Source: Auanema rhodensis
Taxonomy: Eukaryota > Animalia > Nematoda
Reading direction: 5' to 3'
DNA: 64,000 nucleotides
Assembly: GCA_964057225.1 (NCBI GenBank)
Contig: OZ059897.1
Coordinates: 1,550,001-1,614,000, forward strand
The notes beneath the pieces were generated by a model. It was not told where the DNA came from, did not search any database, and was given only the letters and a program-made list of their open reading frames with translations. The position numbers and the translations under genes are program-made. Position 1 is the stretch's first letter, and the number at the start of each line of letters is the position of its first letter. Positions 29,001-44,000 of this stretch are shown piece by piece.

Positions 29001-32000
29001 AATTTTTCAGGAAAATTTTTGTCAAAATGTTTTTGGAAGCAATGTTGAGTGTACATGGAAACTCAACATATACTAATGCATAATTTTTTAAACAATCATA
29101 ACTAATTTTTGTATTGAGCGTTTCTTAATGTACTATAGTGCATTCGATGCGGATTTTTAAGCTGCGTCGATCTGTGTTATCAGATTTGAGTTAGCTTAAA
29201 AATGCACCGAGATATCAACTGATATAAGTTCACACTTATATCCTCGATTTTCACCCTGAAGAATTAATTTTTTCGTTGAATAACATTGTCCATCGTCTTC
29301 GCCTTGAAAAAAGGAATTTCAAAACATCTACTATTTGTGAAATTATTTTGAAATTTTTCGGGAAAATTTTTGTCAAAATGTTTTTGGAAGCAATGTTGAG
29401 TGTACATGGAAACTCAACATACACTAATGCATAATTTTTTAAACGATCATAACTAATTCTTGTATTGAGCGTTTCTTAATGTATTATCGTGCATTCGAAA
29501 CGGATTTTTAAGCTGCGTCGATCTGTGTTATCAGATTTGCGCTAGCTTAAAAATGCACCGAGATATCAACTGATATAAGTTCACACTTATATCCTCGATT
29601 TTCACCCTGAAGAATTAATTTTTTCGTTGATTAACATTGTACATCGTCTTCGCCTTGAAAAAAGGAATTTAAAAACATCTACTTTTCGTGAAATTATTTT
29701 GAAATTTTTCAGGAAAATTTTTGTCAAAATGTTTTTGGAATCAATGTTGAGTGTACATGGAAACGCAACATACACTAATGCATCATTTTTCAAACGATCA
29801 TAACTAATTTTTGTATTGAGCGTTTCTTAATGTATTATAGTGCATTCGATGCGGATTTTTAAGCTGCGTCGATCTGTGTTATCAGATTTGAGTTAGCTTA
29901 AAAATGCACCGAGATATCAACTGATATAAGTTCACACTTATATCCTCGATTTTCACCCTGAAGAATTAATTTTCTCGTTGATTAACATTGTCCATCGTCT
30001 TTGCCTTGAAAAAAGGAATCTAAAAACATCTACTTTTCGTAAAATTATCTTGAAATTTCTCAGGAAAATTTTTGTCAAAATGTTTTTGGAAGCAATGTTG
30101 AGTGTACATGGAAACTCAACATACACTAATGCATAATTTTTTAAACAATCATAACTAATTTTTGTATTGAGCGTTTCTTAATGTATTATAGTGCATTCGA
30201 TGCGGATTTTTAAGCTGCGTCGATCTGTGTTATCAGATTTGAGTTAGCTTAAAAATGCACCGAGATATCAACTGATATAAGTTCACACTTATATCCTCGA
30301 TTTTCACCCTGAAGAATTAATTTTTTCGTTGAATAACATTGTCCATCGTCTTCGCCTTAAAAAAAGAAATCTAAAAACATCTACTTTTGGTAAAATTATT
30401 TTGAAATTTTTCAGGAAAATTTTTGTCAAAATGTTTTTGGAATCAATGTTGAGTGTACATGGAAACTCAACATACACTAATGCATAATTTTTTAAACGAT
30501 CATAACTAATTTTTGTATTGAGCGTTTCTTAATGTATTATAGTGCATTCGATGCGGATTTTTAAGCTGCGTCGATCTGTGTTATCAGATTTGCGCTAGCT
30601 TAGAAATGCACCGAGATATCAACTGATATAAGTTCACACTTATATCCTCGATTTTCACCCTGAAGAATTAATTTTTTCGTTGAATAACATTGTCCATCGT
30701 CTTCGCCTTGAAAAAAGGAATTTAAAAACATCTACTTTTTGTGAAATTATTTTGAAATTTTTCGGGAAAATTTTTGTCAAAATGTTTTTGGAAGCAATGT
30801 TGAGTGTACATGGAAACTCAACATACACTAATGCATAATTTTTTAAACGATCATAACTAATTCTTGTATTGAGCGTTTCTTAATGTATTATAGTGCATTC
30901 GATGCGGATTTTTAAGCTGCGTCGATCTGTGTTATCAGATTTGCGCTAGCTTAAAAATGCACCGAGATATCAACTGATATAAGTTCACACTTATATCCTC
31001 GATTTTCACCCTGAAGAATTAATTTTTTCGTTGATTAACATTGTACATCGTCTTTGCCTTGAAAAAGGGAATTTAAAAACATCTACTTTTTGTGAAATTA
31101 TTTTGAAATTTTTCGGGAAAATTTTTGTCAAAATGTTTTTGGAAGCAATGTTGAGTGTACATGGAAACTCAACATACACTAATGCATAATTTTTTAAACA
31201 ATCATAACTAATTTTTGTATTGAGCGTTTCTTAATGTATTATAGTGCATTCGATGCGGATTTTTAAGCTGCGTCGATCTGTGTTATCAGATTTGAGTTAG
31301 CTTAAAAATGCACCGAGATATCAACTGATATAAGTTCACACTTATATCCTCGATTTTCACCTTGAAGAATTAATTTTTTCGTTGATTAACATTGTACATC
31401 GTCTTCGCCTTGAAAAAAGGAATTTAAAAACATCTACTTTTCGTGAAATTATTTTGAAATTTTTCAGGAAAATTTTTGTCAAAATGTTTTTGGAATCAAT
31501 GTTGAGTGTACATGGAAACGCAACATACACTAATGCATCATTTTTCAAACGATCATAACTAATTTTTGTATTGAGCGTTTCTTAATGTATTATAGTGCAT
31601 TCGATGCGGATTTTTAAGCTGCGTCGATCTGTGTTATCAGATTTGAGTTAGCTTAAAAATGCACCGAGATATCAACTGATATAAGTTCACACTTATATCC
31701 TCGATTTTCACCCTGAAGAATTAATTTTCTCGTTGATTAACATTGTCCATCGTCTTTGCCTTGAAAAAAGGAATCTAAAAACATCTACTTTTCGTAAAAT
31801 TATCTTGAAATTTCTCAGGAAAATTTTTGTCAAAATGTTTTTGGAAGCAATGTTGAGTGTACATGGAAACTCAACATACACTAATGCATAATTTTTTAAA
31901 CAATCATAACTAATTTTTGTATTGAGCGTTTCTTAATGTATTATAGTGCATTCGATGCGGATTTTTAAGCTGCGTCGATCTGTGTTATCAGATTTGAGTT

Positions 32001-35000
32001 AGCTTAAAAATGCACCGAGATATCAACTGATATAAGTTCACACTTATATCCTCGATTTTCACCCTGAAGAATTAATTTTTTCGTTGAATAACATTGTCCA
32101 TCGTCTTCGCCTTGAAAAAAGAAATCTAAAAACATTTACTTTTGGTAAAATTATTTTGAAATTTTTCAGGAAAATTTTTGTCAAAATGTTTTTGGAATCA
32201 ATGTTGAGTGTACATGGAAACTCAACATACACTAATGCATCATTTTTCAAACGATCATAACTAATTTTTGTATTGAGCGTTTTTTAATGTATTATAGTGC
32301 ATTCGATACGGATTTTTAAGCTGCTTCGATCTGTGTTATCAGATTTGCGCTAGCAAAGAAATGCACCGAGATATCAACTGATATAAGTTCACACTTATAT
32401 CCTCGATTTTCACCCTGAAGAATTAATTTTTTCGTTGAATAACATTGTCCATCGTCTTCGCCTTGAAAAAAGGAATTTAAAAACATCTACTTTTCGTAAA
32501 ATTATCTTGAAATTTTTCAGGAAAATTTTTGTCAAAATGTTTTTGGAATCAATGTTGAGTGTACATGGAAACGCAACATACACTAATGCATCATTTTTCA
32601 AACGATCATAACTAATTTTTGTATTGAGCGTTTCTTAATGTATTATAGTGCATTCGATGCGGATTTTTAAGCTGCGTCGATCTGTGTTATCAGATTTGAG
32701 TTAGCTTAAAAATGCACCGAGATATCAACTGATATAAGTTCACACTTATATCCTCGATTTTCACCCTGAAGAATTAATTTTCTCGTTGATTAACATTGTC
32801 CATCGTCTTTGCCTTGAAAAAAGGAATCTAAAAACATCTACTTTTCGTAAAATTATCTTGAAATTTCTCAGGAAAATTTTTGTCAAAATGTTTTTGGAAG
32901 CAATGTTGAGTGTACATGGAAACTCAACATACACTAATGCATAATTTTTTAAACAATCATAACTAATTTTTGTATTGAGCGTTTCTTAATGTATTATAGT
33001 GCATTCGATGCGGATTTTTAAGCTGCGTCGATCTGTGTTATCAGATTTGAGTTAGCTTAAAAATGCACCGAGATATCAACTGATATAAGTTCACACTTAT
33101 ATCCTCGATTTTCACCCTGAAGAATTAATTTTTTCGTTGAATAACATTGTCCATCGTCTTCGCCTTAAAAAAAGAAATCTAAAAACATCTACTTTTGGTA
33201 AAATTATTTTGAAATTTTTCAGGAAAATTTTTGTCAAAATGTTTTTGGAAGCAATGTTGAGTGTACATGGAAACTCAACATACACTAATGCATAATTTTT
33301 TAAACGATCATAACTAATTCTTGTATTGAGCGTTTCTTAATGTATTATCGTGCATTCGAAACGGATTTTTAAGCTGCGTCGATCTGTGTTATCAGATTTG
33401 CGCTAGCTTAAAAATGCACCGAGATATCAACTGATATAAGTTCACACTTATATCCTCGATTTTCACCCTGAAGAATTAATTTTTTCGTTGATTAACATTG
33501 TACATCGTCTTCGCCTTGAAAAAAGGAATTTAAAAACATCTACTTTTCGTGAAATTATTTTGAAATTTTTCAGGAAAATTTTTGTCAAAATGTTTTTGGA
33601 AGCAATGTTGAGTGTACATGGAAACTCAACATACACTAATGCATAATTTTTTAAACGATCATAACTAATTCTTGTATTGAGCGTTTCTTAATGTATTATA
33701 GTGCATTCGATGCGGATTTTTAAGCTGCGTCGATCTGTGTTATCAGATTTGAGTTAGCTTAAAAATGCACCGAGATATCAACTGATATAAGTTCACACTT
33801 ATATCCTCGATTTTCACCCTGAAGAATTAATTTTTTCGTTGAATAACATTGTCCATCGTCTTCGCCTTAAAAAAAGAAATCTAAAAACATCTACTTTTGG
33901 TAAAATTATTTTGAAATTTTTCAGGAAAATTTTTGTCAAAATGTTTTTGGAATCAATGTTGAGTGTACATGGAAACTCAACATACACTAATGCATAATTT
34001 TTTAAACGATCATAACTAATTTTTGTATTGAGCGTTTCTTAATGTATTATAGTGCATTCGATGCGGATTTTTAAGCTGCGTCGATCTGTGTTATCAGATT
34101 TGCGCTAGCTTAGAAATGCACCGAGATATCAACTGATATAAGTTCACACTTATATCCTCGATTTTCACCTTGAAGAATTAATTTTTTCGTTGATTAACAT
34201 TGTACATCGTCTTCGCCTTGAAAAAAGGAATTTAAAAACATCTACTTTTCGTGAAATTATTTTGAAATTTTTCAGGAAAATTTTTGTCAAAATGTTTTTG
34301 GAATCAATGTTGAGTGTACATGGAAACGCAACATACACTAATGCATCATTTTTCAAACGATCATAACTAATTTTTGTATTGAGCGTTTCTTAATGTATTA
34401 TAGTGCATTCGATGCGGATTTTTAAGCTGCGTCGATCTGTGTTATCAGATTTGAGTTAGCTTAAAAATGCACCGAGATATCAACTGATATAAGTTCACAC
34501 TTATATCCTCGATTTTCACCCTGAAGAATTAATTTTCTCGTTGATTAACATTGTCCATCGTCTTTGCCTTGAAAAAAGGAATCTAAAAACATCTACTTTT
34601 CGTAAAATTATCTTGAAATTTCTCAGGAAAATTTTTGTCAAAATGTTTTTGGAAGCAATGTTGAGTGTACATGGAAACTCAACATACACTAATGCATAAT
34701 TTTTTAAACAATCATAACTAATTTTTGTATTGAGCGTTTCTTAATGTATTATAGTGCATTCGATGCGGATTTTTAAGCTGCGTCGATCTGTGTTATCAGA
34801 TTTGAGTTAGCTTAAAAATGCACCGAGATATCAACTGATATAAGTTCACACTTATATCCTCGATTTTCACCCTGAAGAATTAATTTTTTCGTTGAATAAC
34901 ATTGTCCATCGTCTTCGCCTTGAAAAAAGAAATCTAAAAACATCTACTTTTGGTAAAATTATTTTGAAATTTTTCAGGAAAATTTTTGTCAAAATGTTTT

Positions 35001-38000
35001 TGGAATCAATGTTGAGTGTACATGGAAACTCAACATACACTAATGCATCATTTTTCAAACGATCATAACTAATTTTTGTATTGAGCGTTTTTTAATGTAT
35101 TATAGTGCATTCGATACGGATTTTTAAGCTGCTTCGATCTGTGTTATCAGATTTGCGCTAGCAAAGAAATGCACCGAGATATCAACTGATATAAGTTCAC
35201 ACTTATATCCTCGATTTTCACCCTGAAGAATTAATTTTTTCGTTGAATAACATTGTCCATCGTCTTCGCCTTGAAAAAAGGAATTTAAAAACATCTACTT
35301 TTCGTAAAATTATCTTGAAATTTTTCAGGAAAATTTTTGTCAAAATGTTTTTGGAATCAATGTTGAGTGTACATGGAAACGCAACATACACTAATGCATC
35401 ATTTTTCAAACGATCATAACTAATTTTTGTATTGAGCGTTTCTTAATGTATTATAGTGCATTCGATGCGGATTTTTAAGCTGCGTCGATCTGTGTTATCA
35501 GATTTGAGTTAGCTTTAAAATGCACCGAGATATCAACTGATATAAGTTCACACTTATATCCTCGATTTTCACCCTGAAGAATTAATTTTCTCGTTGATTA
35601 ACATTGTCCATCGTCTTTGCCTTGAAAAAAGGAATCTAAAAACATCTACTTTTCGTAAAATTATCTTGAAATTTCTCAGGAAAATTTTTGTCAAAATGTT
35701 TTTGGAAGCAATGTTGAGTGTACATGGAAACTCAACATACACTAATGCATAATTTTTTAAACAATCATAACTAATTTTTGTATTGAGCGTTTCTTAATGT
35801 ATTATAGTGCATTCGATGCGGATTTTTAAGCTGCGTCGATCTGTGTTATCAGATTTGAGTTAGCTTAAAAATGCACCGAGATATCAACTGATATAAGTTC
35901 ACACTTATATCCTCGATTTTCACCCTGAAGAATTAATTTTTTCGTTGAATAACATTGTCCATCGTCTTCGCCTTAAAAAAAGAAATCTAAAAACATCTAC
36001 TTTTGGTAAAATTATTTTGAAATTTTTCAGGAAAATTTTTGTCAAAATGTTTTTGGAATCAATGTTGAGTGTACATGGAAACTCAACATACACTAATGCA
36101 TAATTTTTTAAACGATCATAACTAATTTTTGTATTGAGCGTTTCTTAATGTATTATAGTGCATTCGATGCGGATTTTTAAGCTGCGTCGATCTGTGTTAT
36201 CAGATTTGCGCTAGCTTAGAAATGCACCGAGATATCAACTGATATAAGTTCACACTTATATCCTCGATTTTCACCCTGAAGAATTAATTTTTTCGTTGAA
36301 TAACATTGTCCATCGTCTTCGCCTTGAAAAAAGGAATTTAAAAACATCTACTTTTTGTGAAATTATTCTGAAATTTTTCGGGAAAATTTTTGTCAAAATG
36401 TTTTTGGAAGCAATGTTGAGTGTACATGGAAACTCAACATACACTAATGCATCATTTTTCAAACGATCATAACTAATTTTTGTATTGAGCGTTTTTTAAT
36501 GTATTATAGTGCATTCGATACGGATTTTTAAGCTGCTTCGATCTGTGTTATCAGATTTGCGCTAGCAAAGAAATGCACCGAGATATCAACTGATATAAGT
36601 TCACACTTATATCCTCGATTTTCACCCTGAAGAATTAATTTTTTCGTTGAATAACATTGTCCATCGTCTTCGCCTTGAAAAAAGGAATTTAAAAACATCT
36701 ACTTTTCGTGAAATTATTTTGAAATTTTTCGGGAAAATTTTTGTCAAAATGTTTTTGGAAGCAATGTTGAGTGTACATGGAAACGCAACATACACTAATG
36801 CATCATTTTTCAAACGATCATAACTAATTTTTGTATTGAGCGTTTCTTAATGTATTATAGTGCATTCGATGCGGATTTTTAAGCTGCGTCGATCTGTGTT
36901 ATCAGATTTGAGTTAGCTTAAAAATGCACCGAGATATCAACTGATATAAGTTCACACTTATATCCTCGATTTTCACCCTGAAGAATTAATTTTCTCGTTG
37001 ATTAACATTGTCCATCGTCTTTGCCTTGAAAAAAGGAATCTAAAAACATCTACTTTTCGTAAAATTATCTTGAAATTTCTCAGGAAAATTTTTGTCAAAA
37101 TGTTTTTGGAAGCAATGTTGAGTGTACATGGAAACTCAACATACACTAATGCATAATTTTTTAAACAATCATAACTAATTTTTGTATTGAGCGTTTCTTA
37201 ATGTATTATAGTGCATTCGATGCGGATTTTTAAGCTGCGTCGATCTGTGTTATCAGATTTGAGTTAGCTTAAAAATGCACCGAGATATCAACTGATATAA
37301 GTTCACACTTATATCCTCGATTTTCACCCTGAAGAATTAATTTTTTCGTTGAATAACATTGTCCATCGTCTTCGCCTTAAAAAAAGAAATCTAAAAACAT
37401 CTACTTTTGGTAAAATTATTTTGAAATTTTTCAGGAAAATTTTTGTCAAAATGTTTTTGGAAGCAATGTTGAGTGTACATGGAAACTCAACATACACTAA
37501 TGCATAATTTTTTAAACGATCATAACTAATTCTTGTATTGAGCGTTTCTTAATGTATTATCGTGCATTCGAAACGGATTTTTAAGCTGCGTCGATCTGTG
37601 TTATCAGATTTGCGCTAGCTTAAAAATGCACCGAGATATCAACTGATATAAGTTCACACTTATATCCTCGATTTTCACCCTGAAGAATTAATTTTTTCGT
37701 TGATTAACATTGTACATCGTCTTCGCCTTGAAAAAAGGAATTTAAAAACATCTACTTTTCGTGAAATTATTTTGAAATTTTTCAGGAAAATTTTTGTCAA
37801 AATGTTTTTGGAATCAATGTTGAGTGTACATGGAAACGCAACATACACTAATGCATCATTTTTCAAACGATCATAACTAATTTTTGTATTGAGCGTTTCT
37901 TAATGTATTATAGTGCATTCGATGCGGATTTTTAAGCTGCGTCGATCTGTGTTATCAGATTTGAGTTAGCTTAAAAATGCACCGAGATATCAACTGATAT

Positions 38001-41000
38001 AAGTTCACACTTATATCCTCGATTTTCACCCTGAAGAATTAATTTTCTCGTTGATTAACATTGTCCATCGTCTTTGCCTTGAAAAAAGGAATCTAAAAAC
38101 ATCTACTTTTCGTAAAATTATCTTGAAATTTCTCAGGAAAATTTTTGTCAAAATGTTTTTGGAAGCAATGTTGAGTGTACATGGAAACTCAACATACACT
38201 AATGCATAATTTTTTAAACAATCATAACTAATTTTTGTATTGAGCGTTTCTTAATGTATTATAGTGCATTCGATGCGGATTTTTAAGCTGCGTCGATCTG
38301 TGTTATCAGATTTGAGTTAGCTTAAAAATGCACCGAGATATCAACTGATATAAGTTCACACTTATATCCTCGATTTTCACCCTGAAGAATTAATTTTTTC
38401 GTTGAATAACATTGTCCATCGTCTTCGCCTTAAAAAAAGAAATCTAAAAACATCTACTTTTGGTAAAATTATTTTGAAATTTTTCAGGAAAATTTTTGTC
38501 AAAATGTTTTTGGAATCAATGTTGAGTGTACATGGAAACTCAACATACACTAATGCATAATTTTTTAAACGATCATAACTAATTTTTGTATTGAGCGTTT
38601 CTTAATGTATTATAGTGCATTCGATGCGGATTTTTAAGCTGCGTCGATCTGTGTTATCAGATTTGCGCTAGCTTAGAAATGCACCGAGATATCAACTGAT
38701 ATAAGTTCACACTTATATCCTCGATTTTCACCCTGAAGAATTAATTTTTTCGTTGAATAACATTGTCCATCGTCTTCGCCTTGAAAAAAGGAATTTAAAA
38801 ACATCTACTTTTTGTGAAATTATTTTGAAATTTTTCGGGAAAATTTTTGTCAAAATGTTTTTGGAAGCAATGTTGAGTGTACATGGAAACTCAACATACA
38901 CTAATGCATAATTTTTTAAACGATCATAACTAATTCTTGTATTGAGCGTTTCTTAATGTATTATAGTGCATTCGATGCGGATTTTTAAGCTGCGTCGATC
39001 TGTGTTATCAGATTTGCGCTAGCTTAAAAATGCACCGAGATATCAACTGATATAAGTTCACACTTATATCCTCGATTTTCACCCTGAAGAATTAATTTTT
39101 TCGTTGATTAACATTGTACATCGTCTTTGCCTTGAAAAAAGGAATTTAAAAACATCTACTTTTTGTGAAATTATTTTGAAATTTTTCGGGAAAATTTTTG
39201 TCAAAATGTTTTTGGAAGCAATGTTGAGTGTACATGGAAACTCAACATACACTAATGCATAATTTTTTAAACAATCATAACTAATTTTTGTATTGAGCGT
39301 TTCTTAATGTATTATAGTGCATTCGATGCGGATTTTTAAGCTGCGTCGATCTGTGTTATCAGATTTGAGTTAGCTTAAAAATGCACCGAGATATCAACTG
39401 ATATAAGTTCACACTTATATCCTCGATTTTCACCTTGAAGAATTAATTTTTTCGTTGATTAACATTGTACATCGTCTTCGCCTTGAAAAAAGGAATTTAA
39501 AAACATCTACTTTTCGTGAAATTATTTTGAAATTTTTCAGGAAAATTTTTGTCAAAATGTTTTTGGAATCAATGTTGAGTGTACATGGAAACGCAACATA
39601 CACTAATGCATCATTTTTCAAACGATCATAACTAATTTTTGTATTGAGCGTTTCTTAATGTATTATAGTGCATTCGATGCGGATTTTTAAGCTGCGTCGA
39701 TCTGTGTTATCAGATTTGAGTTAGCTTAAAAATGCACCGAGATATCAACTGATATAAGTTCACACTTATATCCTCGATTTTCACCCTGAAGAATTAATTT
39801 TCTCGTTGATTAACATTGTCCATCGTCTTTGCCTTGAAAAAAGGAATCTAAAAACATCTACTTTTCGTAAAATTATCTTGAAATTTCTCAGGAAAATTTT
39901 TGTCAAAATGTTTTTGGAAGCAATGTTGAGTGTACATGGAAACTCAACATACACTAATGCATAATTTTTTAAACAATCATAACTAATTTTTGTATTGAGC
40001 GTTTCTTAATGTATTATAGTGCATTCGATGCGGATTTTTAAGCTGCGTCGATCTGTGTTATCAGATTTGAGTTAGCTTAAAAATGCACCGAGATATCAAC
40101 TGATATAAGTTCACACTTATATCCTCGATTTTCACCCTGAAGAATTAATTTTTTCGTTGAATAACATTGTCCATCGTCTTCGCCTTGAAAAAAGAAATCT
40201 AAAAACATCTACTTTTGGTAAAATTATTTTGAAATTTTTCAGGAAAATTTTTGTCAAAATGTTTTTGGAATCAATGTTGAGTGTACATGGAAACTCAACA
40301 TACACTAATGCATCATTTTTCAAACGATCATAACTAATTTTTGTATTGAGCGTTTTTTAATGTATTATAGTGCATTCGATACGGATTTTTAAGCTGCTTC
40401 GATCTGTGTTATCAGATTTGCGCTAGCAAGGAAATGCACCGAGATATCAACTGATATAAGTTCACACTTATATCCTCGATTTTCACCCTGAAGAATTAAT
40501 TTTCTCGTTGATTAACATTGTCCATCGTCTTTGCCTTGAAAAAAGGAATCTAAAAACATCTACTTTTCGTAAAATTATCTTGAAATTTCTCAGGAAAATT
40601 TTTGTCAAAATGTTTTTGGAAGCAATGTTGAGTGTACATGGAAACTCAACATACACTAATGCATAATTTTTTAAACAATCATAACTAATTTTTGTATTGA
40701 GCGTTTCTTAATGTATTATAGTGCATTCGATGCGGATTTTTAAGCTGCGTCGATCTGTGTTATCAGATTTGAGTTAGCTTAAAAATGCACCGAGATATCA
40801 ACTGATATAAGTTCACACTTATATCCTCGATTTTCACCCTGAAGAATTAATTTTTTCGTTGAATAACATTGTCCATCGTCTTCGCCTTAAAAAAAGAAAT
40901 CTAAAAACATCTACTTTTGGTAAAATTATTTTGAAATTTTTCAGGAAAATTTTTGTCAAAATGTTTTTGGAATCAATGTTGAGTGTACATGGAAACTCAA

Positions 41001-44000
41001 CATACACTAATGCATAATTTTTTAAACGATCATAACTAATTTTTGTATTGAGCGTTTCTTAATGTATTATAGTGCATTCGATGCGGATTTTTAAGCTGCG
41101 TCGATCTGTGTTATCAGATTTGCGCTAGCTTAGAAATGCACCGAGATATCAACTGATATAAGTTCACACTTATATCCTCGATTTTCACCCTGAAGAATTA
41201 ATTTTTTCGTTGAATAACATTGTCCATCGTCTTCGCCTTGAAAAAAGGAATTTAAAAACATCTACTTTTTGTGAAATTATTCTGAAATTTTTCGGGAAAA
41301 TTTTTGTCAAAATGTTTTTGGAAGCAATGTTGAGTGTACATGGAAACTCAACATACACTAATGCATCATTTTTCAAACGATCATAACTAATTTTTGTATT
41401 GAGCGTTTTTTAATGTATTATAGTGCATTCGATACGGATTTTTAAGCTGCTTCGATCTGTGTTATCAGATTTGCGCTAGCAAAGAAATGCACCGAGATAT
41501 CAACTGATATAAGTTCACACTTATATCCTCGATTTTCACCCTGAAGAATTAATTTTTTCGTTGAATAACATTGTCCATCGTCTTCGCCTTGAAAAAAGGA
41601 ATTTAAAAACATCTACTTTTCGTGAAATTATTTTGAAATTTTTCGGGAAAATTTTTGTCAAAATGTTTTTGGAAGCAATGTTGAGTGTACATGGAAACTC
41701 AACATACACTAATGCATCATTTTTCAAACGATCATAACTAATTTTTGTATTGAGCGTTTCTTAATGTATTATAGTGCATTCGATGCGGATTTTTAAGCTG
41801 CGTCGATCTGTGTTATCAGATTTGAGTTAGCTTAAAAATGCACCGAGATATCAACTGATATAAGTTCACACTTATATCCTCGATTTTCACCCTGAAGAAT
41901 TAATTTTTTCGTTGAATAACATTGTCCATCGTCTTCGCCTTAAAAAAAGGAATCTAAAAACATCTAGTTTTTGTAAAATTATCCTGAAATTTTTCGGGAA
42001 AATTTTTGTCAAAATGTTTTTGGAAGCAATGTTGAGTGTACATGGAAACTCAACATACACTAATGCATAATTTTTTAAACGATCATAACTAATTCTTGTA
42101 TTGAGCGTTTCTTAATGTATTATAGTGCATTCGATGCGGATTTTTAAGCTGCGTCGATCTGTGTTATCAGATTTGCGCTAGCTTAAAAATGCACCGAGAT
42201 ATCAACTGATATAAGTTCACACTTATATCCTCGATTTTCACCCTGAAGAATTAATTTTTTCGTTGATTAACATTGTACATCGTCTTTGCCTTGAAAAAAG
42301 GAATTTAAAAACATCTACTTTTTGTGAAATTATTTTGAAATTTTTCGGGAAAATTTTTGTCAAAATGTTTTTGGAAGCAATGTTGAGTGTACATGGAAAC
42401 TCAACATACACTAATGCATAATTTTTTAAACGATCATAACTAATTCTTGTATTGAGCGTTTCTTAATGTATTATAGTGCATTCGATGCGGATTTTTAAGC
42501 TGCGTCGATCTGTGTTATCAGATTTGCGCTAGCAAATAAGTTCACACTTATATCCTCGATTTTCACCCTGAAGAATTAATTTTTTCGTTGAATAACATTG
42601 TACATCGTCTTTGCCTTGAAAAAAGGAATCTAAAAACATCTACTTTTTGTGAGATTATTTTGAAATTTTTTGGCAAAATTTTTGTCAAAATGTTTTTGAA
42701 AGCAATGTTGAGTGTACATGGAAACTCAACATACACTAATGCAACATTTTTCAAACGATCATAACTAATTTTTGTATTGAGCGTTTCTGAATGTATTATA
42801 GTGCATTCGATGCGGATTTTTAAGCTGCTTCGATCTGTGTTATCAGATTTGCGCTAGCTTAAAAATGCACCGAGATATCAACTGATATAAGTTCACACTT
42901 ATATCCTCGATTTTCACCCTGAAGAATTAATTTTCTCGTTGATTAACATTGTCCATCGTCTTTGCCTTGAAAAAAGGAATCTAAAAACATCTACTTTTTG
43001 TAAAATTATCTTGAAATTTCTCAGGAAAATTTTTGTCAAAATGTTTTTGGAAGCAATGTTGAGTGTACATGGAAACTCAACATACACTAATGCATAATTT
43101 TTTAAACAATCATAACTAATTTTTGTATTGGGCGTTTCTTAATGTATTATAGTGCATTCGATGCGGATTTTTAAGCTGCGTCGATCTGTGTTATCAGATT
43201 TGAGTTAGCTTAAAAATGCACCGAGATATCAACTGATATAAGTTCACACTTATATCCTCGATTTTCACCCTGAAGAATTAATTTTTTCGTTGAATAACAT
43301 TGTCCATCGTCTTCGCCTTGAAAAAAGAAATCTAAAAACATCTACTTTTGGTAAAATTATTTTGAAATTTTTCAGGAAAATTTTTGTCAAAATGTTTTTG
43401 GAAGCAATGTTGAGTGTACATGGAAACTCAACATACACTAATGCATAATTTTTTAAACGATCATAACTAATTTTTGTATTGAGCGTTTCTTAATGTATTA
43501 TAGTGCATTCGATGCGGATTTTTAAGCTGCGTCGATCTGTGTTATCAGATTTGCGCTAGCTTAGAAATGCACCGAGATATCAACTGATATAAGTTCACAC
43601 TTATATCCTCGATTTTCACCCTGAAGAATTAATTTTTTCGTTGAATAACATTGTCCATCGTCTTCGCCTTGAAAAAAGGAATTTAAAAACATCTACTTTT
43701 CGTGAAATTATTTTGAAATTTTTCGGGAAAATTTTTGTCAAAATGTTTTTGGAAGCAATGTTGAGTGTACATGGAAACTCAACATACACTAATGCATAAT
43801 TTTTTAAACGATCATAACTAATTCTTGTATTGAGCGTTTCTTAATGTATTATCGTGCATTCGAAACGGATTTTTAAGCTGCGTCGATCTGTGTTATCAGA
43901 TTTGCGCTAGCTTAAAAATGCACCGAGATATCAACTGATATAAGTTCACACTTATATCCTCGATTTTCACCCTGAAGAATTAATTTTTTCGTTGATTAAC

